Assembly (NCBI RefSeq): GCF_006345805.1
Contig: NW_021823614.1
Location: forward strand, 1-21,324
Reading direction: 5' to 3'
DNA from: Octopus sinensis
Lineage: Eukaryota
Length of the DNA stretch: 21,324 nucleotides
In this document: piece after piece, positions 10,708-21,203 of the stretch
Numbering within the stretch: position 1 is the stretch's first letter
Layout of the letters: each line of letters begins with the position of its first letter
Notes under the pieces: model-generated
Databases searched by the model: none
What the model was told of the DNA's origin: nothing
What the model saw: the letters and a program-made list of their open reading frames with translations, nothing else
Program-made: the position numbers and the translations under genes

Positions 10708-10900
10708 TTTGCGGACACTTAATTGAGCAATTATTTAGAGATTGTTACTTAGTTGCACAAAATCATTTCCAGCTCCGATCTCCATTAGAGTATTGGATAT
10801 GAATGCATTGTACATACATACATACATACATACAGACTAACATAAATACACACATACATACATACACACATATATATGTGTGTGTGTGTGTGTGCATATT

Positions 10901-11177
10901 AGCACAGGAGTGGCAGTGTAGTGAGAAGCGTGCTTCCCAACCATATGGTTCTGGGTTCACTCCCACTGCGTGGCACGTTGCACAGGTATCCTCCACTATG
11001 GCCTCAAGATGACCAAATTCTGGTGAGTGGATTTCGTAGAGGGGAAACTCAAAGAAGACCGTCGTATATATATACATATATATATATGTGCGTGTTTGTG
11101 TGTGTCTGTGTCTGTGTATGTGTGCGTATTTGTGTGTCTGTGTTTATCCCACCACCATCATTTTTCAACCGATGTTG
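10901..11177 (+). mobile_element. tRNA/CORE-type SINE (family C): 5' half, internal microsatellite and a stub of the 3' half
   Basis: agcacaggagtggcagtgtagtgag...ggttctgggttcactcccactgcgtggcac...aaagaagaccgtcg, then (TA)(TG)n, then gtgtttatcccaccaccatca...caaccgatg, where similarity ends. Confidence 0.85.
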
Positions 11178-11260
11178 TAAGTTGGAAGTCAAAGTATAAA
11201 AGAACATATTTGTGTGTGCATATATATATATATATAATATATATATATATAATATATAAG

Positions 11261-11670
11261 GTGTCCAATCCAACGTAATCGGTGATTGTGCACCATCGCC
11301 TCAATACTCAAGATATCAGTGTTTCTCAGGAAAGAAGGATAGCAGGATCTCTAAACAGATGCTATATGGAGAACTTGTTTGTGGAAAGCGGCCCCGGCAG
11401 AAACCAACGCTGCGATTTAAGGGCTGTGTCAAGTCTTCGTTAAAGGCCTGCGATATGCTGGAAACCGACTGGGAGAGCAATGCCTGTCATCCCCACAGTT
11501 GGAGAAAGCAGGTTAAGGAGGGATTCGACACCTTTGAGAGAGCACATATTCTGCATGATGACTTTAAGCGTGCCCCTAAAAGCGCACTGCTAGTGTAGTG
11601 AATGAGGAAATCTTGGTTTGCAGTGTGTGCAGTCGTATATGCTTGTCAAGGGCATAGCTCATTAGCAACC
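11261..11670 (+). mobile_element. RTE (BovB-like) LINE, decayed C-terminal ORF fragment with C2H2-like finger
   Basis: TIASILK...DSRISKQMLYGELVCGKRPRQKPTLRFKGCVKSSLKAC..DWES..SWRKQVKEGFDTFE; after a frameshift, VCSVCSRICLSRA*LISNH. This matches the RTE C-terminus pattern (RLPKQLLYGEL..GKR..RYKD..LK). Confidence 0.92.
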
Positions 11671-11850
11671 ATCTATCTATCTATCCGCTCAGTCGAAGTC
11701 GACTCTCGGTCACTCGTTGGATCAGTGTCCTCCAGTCAATTCTATCCTGGGCCGCTTCTTTCAGATTGGCTATGCCCATTCCGGTATCACTCTTGATGGT
11801 GTCAAGCCAGCGGGTTCTTGTTCGGCCTCTTCCTCTGTTGCCAACGGAGC
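11671..11850 (-). mobile_element. Second RTE (BovB-like) LINE: 5'-truncated 3' end with (ATAG)n tail
   Basis: Minus strand reads GNRGRGRTRTRWLDTIKSDTGMGIANLKEAAQDRIDWRTLIQRVTESRLRLSG* (stop at 11681-83), followed by atagatagat. This closely follows the BovB-type C-terminus. Confidence 0.92.
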
Positions 11851-13495
11851 CGCAAATGCCAAATATATGTTAGTCATAGAGTGCATATATATAACCACTG
11901 TATATATACAAGAGCTGATTCTTTCCAGTGATACAATTCGATATAATATTTGAAGATGTTCTACGCAGTCTCTCAGGAAATATACTTTGGTGTAATAGCA
12001 ACTTGTTGCAAGATATCATGTTTCAAAGAGACGTATCCACTAAAACTCAAATCTTTCGGGAGTAGAATATAATCTATGAGAGCGGATACGACAAACATAT
12101 TACAACGTTGTATAATTATAAGCGTATATAGAACTAATAAATATATCAAAATTCTATTCTATGTATTCTAAAACGAATAAAGAAAATCAGTTGAAGGCAT
12201 ATTTTAAACTGCCATATGAAAAAAATTGAAGTGCTGCACGACATCCTTTGTTGAAAACTGTGGATTTTTTCTTTCCCTTACAAAAGTCGATTCACGTAGT
12301 GCTAAGGGAAGAGAGAAAAATGATTCTTCATCGAAATGGTAACGGTTTCTAAAAGGCCATTGTTGTGAGAGGGAGAGAAAGACAGAAATAGACATACAGA
12401 CAACTATACAAAAAGCGAGTGTAAAAATCTCAGCGACTTGAAAATCAGCATGGTTTCTACTTCATTGTATTGTTAAAAACCCATTGATTTTGGTATGATA
12501 GCTGACTGAGTAACAACAGGGAATGAATGTTACACTGTGATGTATGAGAATGCGGATATTCATTCGTTTTTTTATAGCTAAGGTGCTAGGTAGCAGTCGC
12601 AAAACCATTACAATCTCAAGATACGAAGAGAACCCGACAAATATGTATACTGACGCAAAATTATCGTCTTCGATACATCTAATATAAAACACACTAATTC
12701 ACTATACACTTTACGCTCTTTTCTTAAAGCTTAAATACACCCCAAATATTTTCCAAACTCTTTTCTGGCCTATCGTCCTTGTATATCAGAACAGCCTTCT
12801 CCCTTTAATTACTTAGTTTCATACTCCCTACCTCTGCCTGACTATGTGTGAACTCCTTTTTTTGTTATGAAATATCAATCTACCATTCATTGAAACACTC
12901 CTTTTTCAGTTCGAATACTTTAAATATACCTACAACACAAGTTTTAAGTATTCGTTCACTTTACGTACTGTAACAATGAAAATATGTTTCCAATTTGAAC
13001 ACAACCTGATAGCGCGAATTTAATACTTCATAAATTTTCCTGCACAAAAACGTAGTTTAAAAGAACGCAAGCACATGTACAGGTGTTGAAGAAGAAAGTT
13101 GTGATCAATAATATCAAGAAGTTAGCCATCGCTATATTTCACTTATGACATACACTAGATAGACTTATTCGTATAGAAAAGGTTTTGAAAAATATGTGGA
13201 AGTTGTATACACACACAGGCACACAAATACGCATAAACATATACATAGACGGATATACACGCAAATATCGGGAATGGTATATTGTATTCAACAATACAAA
13301 GTTATTCTTGTCTTTGAAATCAAATGAAGATATGCGTTTGATATAAATCTGGCATTGCATCGGAAATTCTTTGAAGTGTAATCGAACACCTTTCCAAGAA
13401 CAAAAGTGACGTTATTTTGGAAATGTGACCCTTTAGATATCACAATGTCCGTTTGAAAATTCTTCACGGATTAAAATTGATTAGTTGCATTGTAG

Positions 13496-13555
13496 ATGTG
13501 AGGGGAAAGATTGACGTCTTAATAATTGAACTTCTCAAAGAGAAAGATGAAGTTG
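13496..13555 (+). CDS. Candidate symmetric (phase 1-1) internal exon, 60 nt
   Basis: Acceptor gttgcattgtAG and consensus donor TTG|GTAAGTA. Only one frame is open: (x)VRGKIDVLIIELLKEKDEV. Purine-rich, consistent with exonic splicing enhancers. Confidence 0.45.
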
Positions 13556-14169
13556 GTAAGTACAATAGATTTAAATAAACGAAAGAAACGGTTTCAAAAT
13601 GTCGAACAGAATTTAGGCGCTAGTTTTCAAGCTGGTTCCTACATTCACTGACGAATATATTATTGTCGGAAGAAAATATAAATTTTCTTTTCTTACGGTA
13701 AAGGTTGAAGTATTCATTTATATTCAACACTGTTTAATTCTCTTATGTTTAAAGGTGAAGCTTTTACAATGAATAGAATGAAACCGATGATTCCCAGGCG
13801 TGCCGTCTACATGAATATTATTTACTCAAACGCAAGTTAACAAACTAAGTGCGATGACAACACAACCAAATTTTGCCAATACAAATTGTGGCCATAGCGA
13901 ATAGCAAAATTCTGTAGTATTCATTAACTAAAATTTAACAAATCATCTTTGTTAATTATGTGACAAAATCGAGATAAGGTTTTGGTGTTTTAGGGAATTT
14001 TCATAAACATTTAGTCTAATGGATGTACCAGTCTACATGTCTATTTTCCGAGTAGAAGACAAAATGATGCAGTGATCATAATATTCCCCTGTTTTTTTCC
14101 CCCATTGACCCTGGCCATGCTTGAGCATAGCCTTATAATTGTAAATATACACTCACCTACATAAACACA

Positions 14170-14246
14170 CCTAAAAACCTACCTACCTACATACATACAT
14201 ACATATATACATACATTCATACATATATATATATATACAGGCATAT

Positions 14247-14316
<70 letters not shown>

Positions 14317-14349
14317 TGATAGATAGATAGATAGATAGATATAGAGATT

Positions 14350-14405
<56 letters not shown>

Positions 14406-14422
14406 TATAGATAGATAGATAG
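14170..14422. repeat. (CATA)n/(TA)n followed by a long (AGAT)n
   Basis: Direct reading; the AGAT run spans ~14247-14421. Confidence 0.96.
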
Positions 14423-16270
14423 TTCCTGAACGTTATATGTCGTCGTTGTAGGAGGAGATAATAAAGTAGTGAATTTAGACAATGAAGAAGATAATATGAG
14501 TGGGTCGTATATGGTTTCGTACAATATACGGTTGGAATATGGAACTTTTCCTTTAAAGCGGTTGTCATTAAAATAAGAAGCAAGATTGGAAAAGTTGGTG
14601 TTCCAGAATTACTCTAAAGTAGTAGCATTCATATTGCACAACATATAAAGAATTTGTTTAACAATTTATATATATAAATTCTCATTTAATTTATCACAAA
14701 ATCATAAACATTTACAGTTATGAAGAGATAAAAAAAAACAAATTTTATTAATTTTAATACGACATCTACAAAGTCAGTATTTTAATTCCACTTTCAACTC
14801 AAATGAATAAAATCTATAGCTTCTACTTTGTGAAGATTGACGTCAATATTTGTGAGAAAACCACAAAGTTCTAAGATGGTGACAAATAAAAATCCATATA
14901 ATTTTAAATTTAATGAAAATGAAATGAATAAATGTAAAGCAAGAGACACAACTGTTTTTTTTTTTCTGAAATAATTTTATTCTACCATTACAAACTTACA
15001 TAAAATATTTATGTAAATATGTTTTCGATATGATTTATACGTTTAAAACTTCATAGGTAATTTATAATCGAAGAGTGAGTTCCTATTGTAAATATTCTCA
15101 TGGTTGAATTTCATTATACGACGATAGACTCGGATGTGTGTGATTTTCTTAACATAATGTCTACTAATGATTGCTATAGAACCACGCGGGGAAGAAATTT
15201 CATTTTAATAAATTTTGAAAGCATAAAATTTGCCATAAATTTTAAGAGAATTATTGATGCAAAATATCTCAGGCGCTTTTTAAAATTCGATTAACAAAAT
15301 TGGTTTTCTTATTAGTATTATCATTTAAAATCATTATACATGAAATATTTGGGAATAAGCATTCATTTTGTAGCAGTGTAAGTTATCAACAGTAATAGTG
15401 CATGTGTGTTACTAACTGTTACTTTGAGAAAGAAAAAAAAACACAAACGTAGATGCTTATATTGAATAAAAACAAAATCAGGAATATAAATTTAAACAGA
15501 AATGATTATATGAATGCATTAATACGGATTAAAAACCTACGAATCAGAGATTAAAATAATACTAATATGAATAAAATGAAAATATGCCATGGGCTTGTAA
15601 AATGTTAGAACATAAGGAGATGAATATACAACTTGCATTTCTGAATATACATTTATTTGATTCATTATTATTCCCTATCATAAATGTATGTAAATTACAT
15701 ATAGTTTCGTATATATATTTGAAAGATACAGAAAGTTTGATGTTATGAAAATAATAATTGTTTAAAAACTAAAAGCGAAAGATATTAAGGAAAACAAAAA
15801 TAAGTTTTTACTTCAAGCATGTGTGTATGTTATTTGACAAAGGCTGATAGATTACGAAAGCAGCATAAAAATGAAACAAATAACGTAAGCGAATCCTAAT
15901 ATACTAAATTAAAAGAGACTGTGCAAATGTGAAGACATGGAAAAAGAGACTGGAATATAAATTCTTCAATGGTAAATGATAAAATATTAATTTAAATCGG
16001 CAATATAAAATCGCAGCAAGAGAAATTGCAAATATAATTAGTTTGCAATTTGAATGCAAAAGCTATACTCAATTTTATATGTAATGGTTAGTACGTAAAA
16101 GAATAATTAATTAGTTGAATTACTGTTGGTTGCAATTTTAAAAATAAAACATGTTGAGTACAATTAAATCAATGAAATTTAATAGATTCATTAATACGAG
16201 ATTACATTCTAACAAGTGAATAATTATCATTAATAGATTAATATATATATTTATATATATGGTTGTGAGA

Positions 16271-16492
16271 GTGTGTGTGTGTGTGTCTGTGTCTGTGTTT
16301 GTGCCCCCAACACCGCTTGACAACCGATGGTGGTGTGCTTACGTCCCCGTAACTTAGTGGTTCGGCAAAAGAGACCGATAGAATAAGTACTAGGCTTACA
16401 AAGATTAAGTCCTGGGGTCGATATATTCGACTAAAAGCGGCGATCCAGCATGGCCGGAGTCAAATGACAGAAACAAGTAAAAGAGTAAAGAG

Positions 16493-16493
<1 letters not shown>
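16271..16493 (+). mobile_element. 3' half of SINE family C (5'-truncated at the internal microsatellite)
   Basis: gtgtctgtgtttgtgcccccaacaccgcttgacaaccgatg...ccagcatggccggagtcaaatgacagaaacaagtaaaagagt is the reverse complement of 2346-2535 plus the 46 bp missing from that copy. Confidence 0.9.

Positions 16494-16560
<67 letters not shown>
16494..16560. repeat. (CA)n(TA)n
   Basis: Direct reading. Confidence 0.96.
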
Positions 16561-16561
<1 letters not shown>

Positions 16562-17035
16562 GCAGAAGAGAGATCGCAAAGGAATAAGTGATTATATTAT
16601 GAATTTCATCAACTTACAACTGTTTCCGCTATTGGAGGCAGTGCACTCAAATTTGAGAACCTGCATAAAACCTTTAGGATTCCACGACCCTCGGAAATGA
16701 AGGGCAATTTATTTCACCAAAAATGATACTTGTGCCTATATAGGAAATGACATAAGCGATGAGAAGATCAGTACAGGTGTATATAAGAAACAGGTATGAC
16801 CAAAATGTAATTAGATGGTGAATATATCTGTTAATACGTACGCACTCACACACACGTACACACATGCACCCATGTACACATACACACAGACACACCGAGA
16901 CATACTAATATATGCGCATGTACCTGAACAATCGTACATTCAAACATATACACAGACAAATATGTGAAATCAGCTGTGTAAAAAAGGAGATAGATTGGGG
17001 ATTTCACACTTATATGACGGTAAAAATTTTGTCAG

Positions 17036-17105
17036 TAGCCACGGGACTCAAACCCACATCCCTCAGATCCTGGACCGTCGTTGACAACAATCACTGATCA
17101 ATTAG
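17036..17105 (-). pseudogene. Degenerate tRNA-like sequence (SINE head or tRNA pseudogene)
   Basis: Minus strand: tgatcagtgat (A-box-like) ... gggatgtgggtttgagtcccgtggc (T-arm/B-box-like). It does not form a clean cloverleaf. Confidence 0.4.
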
Positions 17106-17203
17106 ATACTAAATATTATAGCTATTGGAATGCTGACAACATTTCCTGACTTATAAAGTTAAAATACCCTATCTTTCTACTGTTTCCACGCCTATACTAC
17201 GTT

Positions 17204-17320
17204 TAAGGCGGCGAGCAGGCAGAACCATTAGCACGCCGGGCGAAATGCGTAGCCGTATTTCGTCTGCCTGTCCTTGTTTGTCCCCTCTATGTTTAACCCC
17301 TTGTGGGTAGTAAAGAAATA
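17204..17320 (+). mobile_element. SINE family A copy with a ~117-bp internal deletion, flanked by an 11-bp TSD
   Basis: Head ggcggcgagcaggcagaaccattagcacgccgggcgaaatg...tttcgtctgcc is joined directly to the tail tgtccttgtttgtcccctc...gtagtaaagaaata. TATACTACGTT occurs at 17193-17203 and 17321-17331. Confidence 0.9.
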
Positions 17321-17377
17321 TATACTACGTTAGAAAGAGGAAAGTTTGTTTATTATATATAACCTTCGCCCTTATTT

Positions 17378-17405
17378 ATACATATATATATATATATATA
17401 TATAG

Positions 17406-17466
<61 letters not shown>

Positions 17467-17491
17467 ATATATATGTATATATATATATATT

Positions 17492-17528
<37 letters not shown>

Positions 17529-17563
17529 TATATATATATATATCTATATATATATATATATAG

Positions 17564-17604
<41 letters not shown>
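17378..17604. repeat. (TA)n microsatellite
   Basis: Direct reading. Confidence 0.97.
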
Positions 17605-17605
<1 letters not shown>

Positions 17606-18295
17606 CCGACGGGTATATTCTGCATCACCGCCTGTTATTTCACTGACCCGATTGCGTTTTGCATTCAGGTCTTTCTGCAGTTTTTAAACTTCATTATGGT
17701 CTTTGAATGTCGGCGAAAGTTTTGTATCAACAGCATAACAGTTGAAACTGTCTGTAACAGCCATCAAAGAGAGTAGTTTTCCCAGTAAAACTTTCGCGGA
17801 ATAATCCGTGGAAAATTGTTCTCACCAGAGAGAGCAACGGCTGCAACAGTCTAACCGTTGCCGCTTAAAAAAAAGTGTAGGTACTCTCCTAGATTTCCAG
17901 CGGCACCAAGTTCAGCAAAATTTGTGGCATGTAAGAAACGCTGTCAATGTGTTTGACTAAGTAAAAATATGCTTCATCAACATTTGAAATTTTGCAGTAC
18001 TAAGCCATTATGACGTAGGAGCTTTGCGAAATAGCTCCTCACTGGATTGAAGATATGTTGTTGCTTGTGAGTGTGTTATCTCTTTCCAGGAATGTGATCA
18101 GCCTTTCGCTGACAAGACGTGAAAGGATATCTCGAAAGCCATATTGTGTAGTCAGCGATCAAAAGGTGGAATAGTCCAATCCGTGCTGTGAAAGCTGACT
18201 AATTGGGGTTGTTGCTTAGCCACGTCCAAAGGTGGATATTTGGTTGAAATGATCTGAGAAAATTGTAAGGTTCTGGTTATACGTACTATTCCTGA
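17606..18295 (-). mobile_element. Decayed CR1/L2-group LINE reverse-transcriptase fragment
   Basis: Minus-strand translation across frameshifts: TTPI..DY..SLT, RLITFLE, QHIFNPVRSYFAKLLRH (QHGF..RS), NVDEAYFYLVKHIDSVS (DF.KAFD), GNLGEYLHFFLSG, VLLGKLL (GPLLF), YAVDTKL at 17717-37 (YADD), KLQKDLN. Confidence 0.85.
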
Positions 18296-18304
18296 GCGCG
18301 CGCG

Positions 18305-18390
18305 TGCACACACACACACACACAACACACACACACACACGCACACACACACACATATACACCACACACATGCACACACTCAGACATACA
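18305..18390. repeat. Degenerate (CA)n preceded by (CG)n
   Basis: Direct reading. Confidence 0.9.
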
Positions 18391-18403
18391 CAAATGGATA
18401 TAT

Positions 18404-19138
18404 TTTTTCTTTACTGCCCACAAGCGGCTAAACACAGAGGGGACAAACAAGGACAGACAAAGGGATTAAGTCAATTACATCGACCCCAGTGCGTAACTGG
18501 TACTTAATTTATCGACCCCGAAAGGATGAAAGGTAAAGTCGACATCGGCGGAATTTGAACTCAGAACGTAACGGCAGACGAAATACCTATTTCTTTACTA
18601 CCCACAAGGGGTTAAACACAGAGAAGATAAACAAGGACAGACAAAGGGATTTAGTCAATTACATCGACCCCAGAGCGAAATTGGTACTTAATTTATCGAC
18701 TCCGAAAGGATGAAAGGCAAAGTCGACCTCAGCCGAATTTGAACTCAGAAGTAACGGCAGACGAAATACCTATTTCTTTACTACCCACACGGGGTTAAAC
18801 ACAGAGAATATAAACAAGGACAGACAAAGGGATTAAGTCAATTACATCGACCACCAGTGCGTAACTGGTACTTAATTTTAGCGACCCCGAAACGATGAAA
18901 GGTAAAGTCGACCTCAGCTGAATTTGAACTCAGAACGTAACGGCAGACGAAATACCTATTTCTTTACTGCCCACAAGGGACTAAACACAGAGGGGACAAA
19001 CAAGGACAGACAAAGGGATTAAGTTAATTACATCGACCCCAGTGCGTAACTGGTACTTAATTTATTGACCCCAAAAGGATGAAAGGTAAAGTCGACCTCG
19101 GCGGAATTCGAACTCAGAAAGTAACGGCAGATGAAATA
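18404..19138 (-). mobile_element. Tandem array of four ~182-186-bp headless SINE family A monomers
   Basis: Units 18404-18587, 18588-18770, 18771-18956 and 18957-19138. Each carries B-box-like GAGTTCAAATTC, the core ctttcatcctttcggggtcgataaattaagtaccag and the 3' tail. None carries the A-box head seen at 17207. Confidence 0.95.
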
Positions 19139-19517
19139 AACAAATGCATATATTTTGAAGCTGATGACCTGTAAATGCTTCAATGTTCCGCTGTCAGCTA
19201 TGGTTTACAAAATTTAGTACAGCCGATGAGAGATTGATTGAATTCAAAATATAGATTTTACAAGCCTATTACTAGTTACATACTGTAGATATACAATGAA
19301 TAGGGAGATTTGTATGACATGCTGTACATCTTCAACAAATCTGTAAGGCTCAGTGTATACGTGTCGACGTATTTAAAGCCAGGACGCTAGGGTATGAGAA
19401 CACATGAAAAGCAAAAGGAGGAATCGTGAAAAAGTTTGATGCCAAGAAGAGAGGAGGGCAAAATCGGTTGAAACAGCCACTCACTCAAGAGTAAGTCATG
19501 TCAACCATTTCGAAACA

Positions 19518-19734
19518 CACGTACATACATATACACATACATACATACATACACACATATATATATATATACATACATCCACACACATGCACACGCACAC
19601 ATACAATCACATACATATAGAGAGAGACCGATAGCAGATAGATAGATAGGTTTATACATCGTACAGTAATTTGTGAATCTGTGATTATGTGATATGAATA
19701 TTTATATACATATATACATCTGGTACGTATGAGC

Positions 19735-19769
<35 letters not shown>

Positions 19770-19826
19770 CTCTCTCTATATATATATATTTATATATGTA
19801 TATATGTGTGTGCGTGTGTGTGTGTG

Positions 19827-19902
<76 letters not shown>

Positions 19903-19970
19903 TATATTTATATATATATATATGCATACACACACATACACACACACAAACACACACGCATATCACACGA
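19518..19970. repeat. Cluster of compound microsatellites (CATA, AGAT, CTAT, TA, TG, CA)
   Basis: Direct reading; tracts at ~19518-19650 and ~19700-19970. Confidence 0.9.
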
Positions 19971-20079
19971 ATATAGCTGCAAGAAACTGGACGATATGTA
20001 AATGAATATACATATGTATCAATTTATAGAATATTTTTGAAGGAGAGGCGATTACAATTTACTTGCTCCTAGAATATTC

Positions 20080-20129
20080 ATTCATATATGTGTGTGTGTA
20101 AAGTGTGAAAGTGTGGGTGTATGAGCCCG

Positions 20130-20197
<68 letters not shown>

Positions 20198-20207
20198 TAT
20201 GTATTTG

Positions 20208-20263
<56 letters not shown>

Positions 20264-20336
20264 TATATATAACAAATACATCTCTCATATATATGTATAT
20301 ATATATATTATATGTATATATATACATATACATACA

Positions 20337-20392
<56 letters not shown>

Positions 20393-20425
20393 GAGTGCGT
20401 GTCTGTATGGGTATATATGTATGCA
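20080..20425. repeat. Long compound (TA)n microsatellite
   Basis: Direct reading. Confidence 0.93.
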
Positions 20426-21089
20426 TATCAATTTCAATAGCCTAATTGCTGTCATTTGTATGAATAGCTTTTAATTAGTAACACATACTTCATTGCCATT
20501 TGATAAACTAAAATTATTCAATTCTGAACCCGTGCGTAAGCACTTGGAAGCAAATCTGGCCTCGGGTTTTCTTATATATTCATATTTTTAATTTGCTTTT
20601 TTCTAATTTTGACATCAATAATTTTTTCCCTCCTGTATTATTTATTTAGTTTCCTCTTCCCTATTTTCCCTCTATCTGATTGAAGGTTTGTGTGAGGAGA
20701 ACCACGCGAGCGACTAGCGTAGATTGATTGACTGTTTTGTGCTATTTCGAACAGGTCATCTTATATCATCTAGCGACATATAGATCTTATCGTTGTTGTA
20801 GTTAGAATTGGATGTAATATCGCATTGAATATTGTTAATTTCACACTTTCATATTTTGATATTACAAACAGTTACAATGAATGGCAAGCTTCCGAATCAT
20901 TTACTTCGATGTAATGAATCTGCATTTATACATGCAACTGATTTTAATGTTAAATCTAAAAGCACCAATATGTATCACATTCTCTTTTCTCGCTTTCTCT
21001 CTTGTTACTTTCTTTCTTACTCTCTCGCTCTCGCTATAAGTGTGTATATGTCTCTCTATTTCATTCCATATGTGCAAGTACACATATAA

Positions 21090-21203
21090 GTATATATGTG
21101 TATACATATATATAGAAAGCACATAAATCAGAATATATATATATACATGTAATATATATTATATTATAATATATATTATATTTATATATATATATTATAT
21201 ATA
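21090..21203. repeat. Degenerate (TA)n
   Basis: Direct reading. Confidence 0.85.

Noticed and set aside
13648-13676. CTGACGA...GAAA hammerhead-like core (also CTGATGA at ~19162)
   Set aside because: No stem II between the motifs; the 19162 site lacks both GAAA and a D box, so it is not a C/D snoRNA either.
14836-14847. Palindrome ATTGACGTCAAT containing a CRE (TGACGTCA); aagattgacgtc also occurs at 13507
   Set aside because: A single short motif without promoter context; repeated 12-mers are expected by chance in 21 kb.
15100-15294. 64-aa ORF MVEFHYTT...
   Set aside because: No recognisable motif or convincing splice sites; the length is compatible with chance.
16590-16800. Penelope-like RT motifs (LEAVHSNL...ISTGVYKK)
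   Set aside because: The spacing does not fit and the FLD and YxDD motifs are absent.
18404-19138. CRISPR-like array or tRNA gene cluster
   Set aside because: The units are whole ~184-bp repeats with no unique spacers and no cloverleaf; they are SINE-derived.
410-21122. Most ORFs in the supplied track ([16 protein letters not shown], poly-E/K/R/S/L)
   Set aside because: They are translations of microsatellites or antisense frames of the decayed LINEs.
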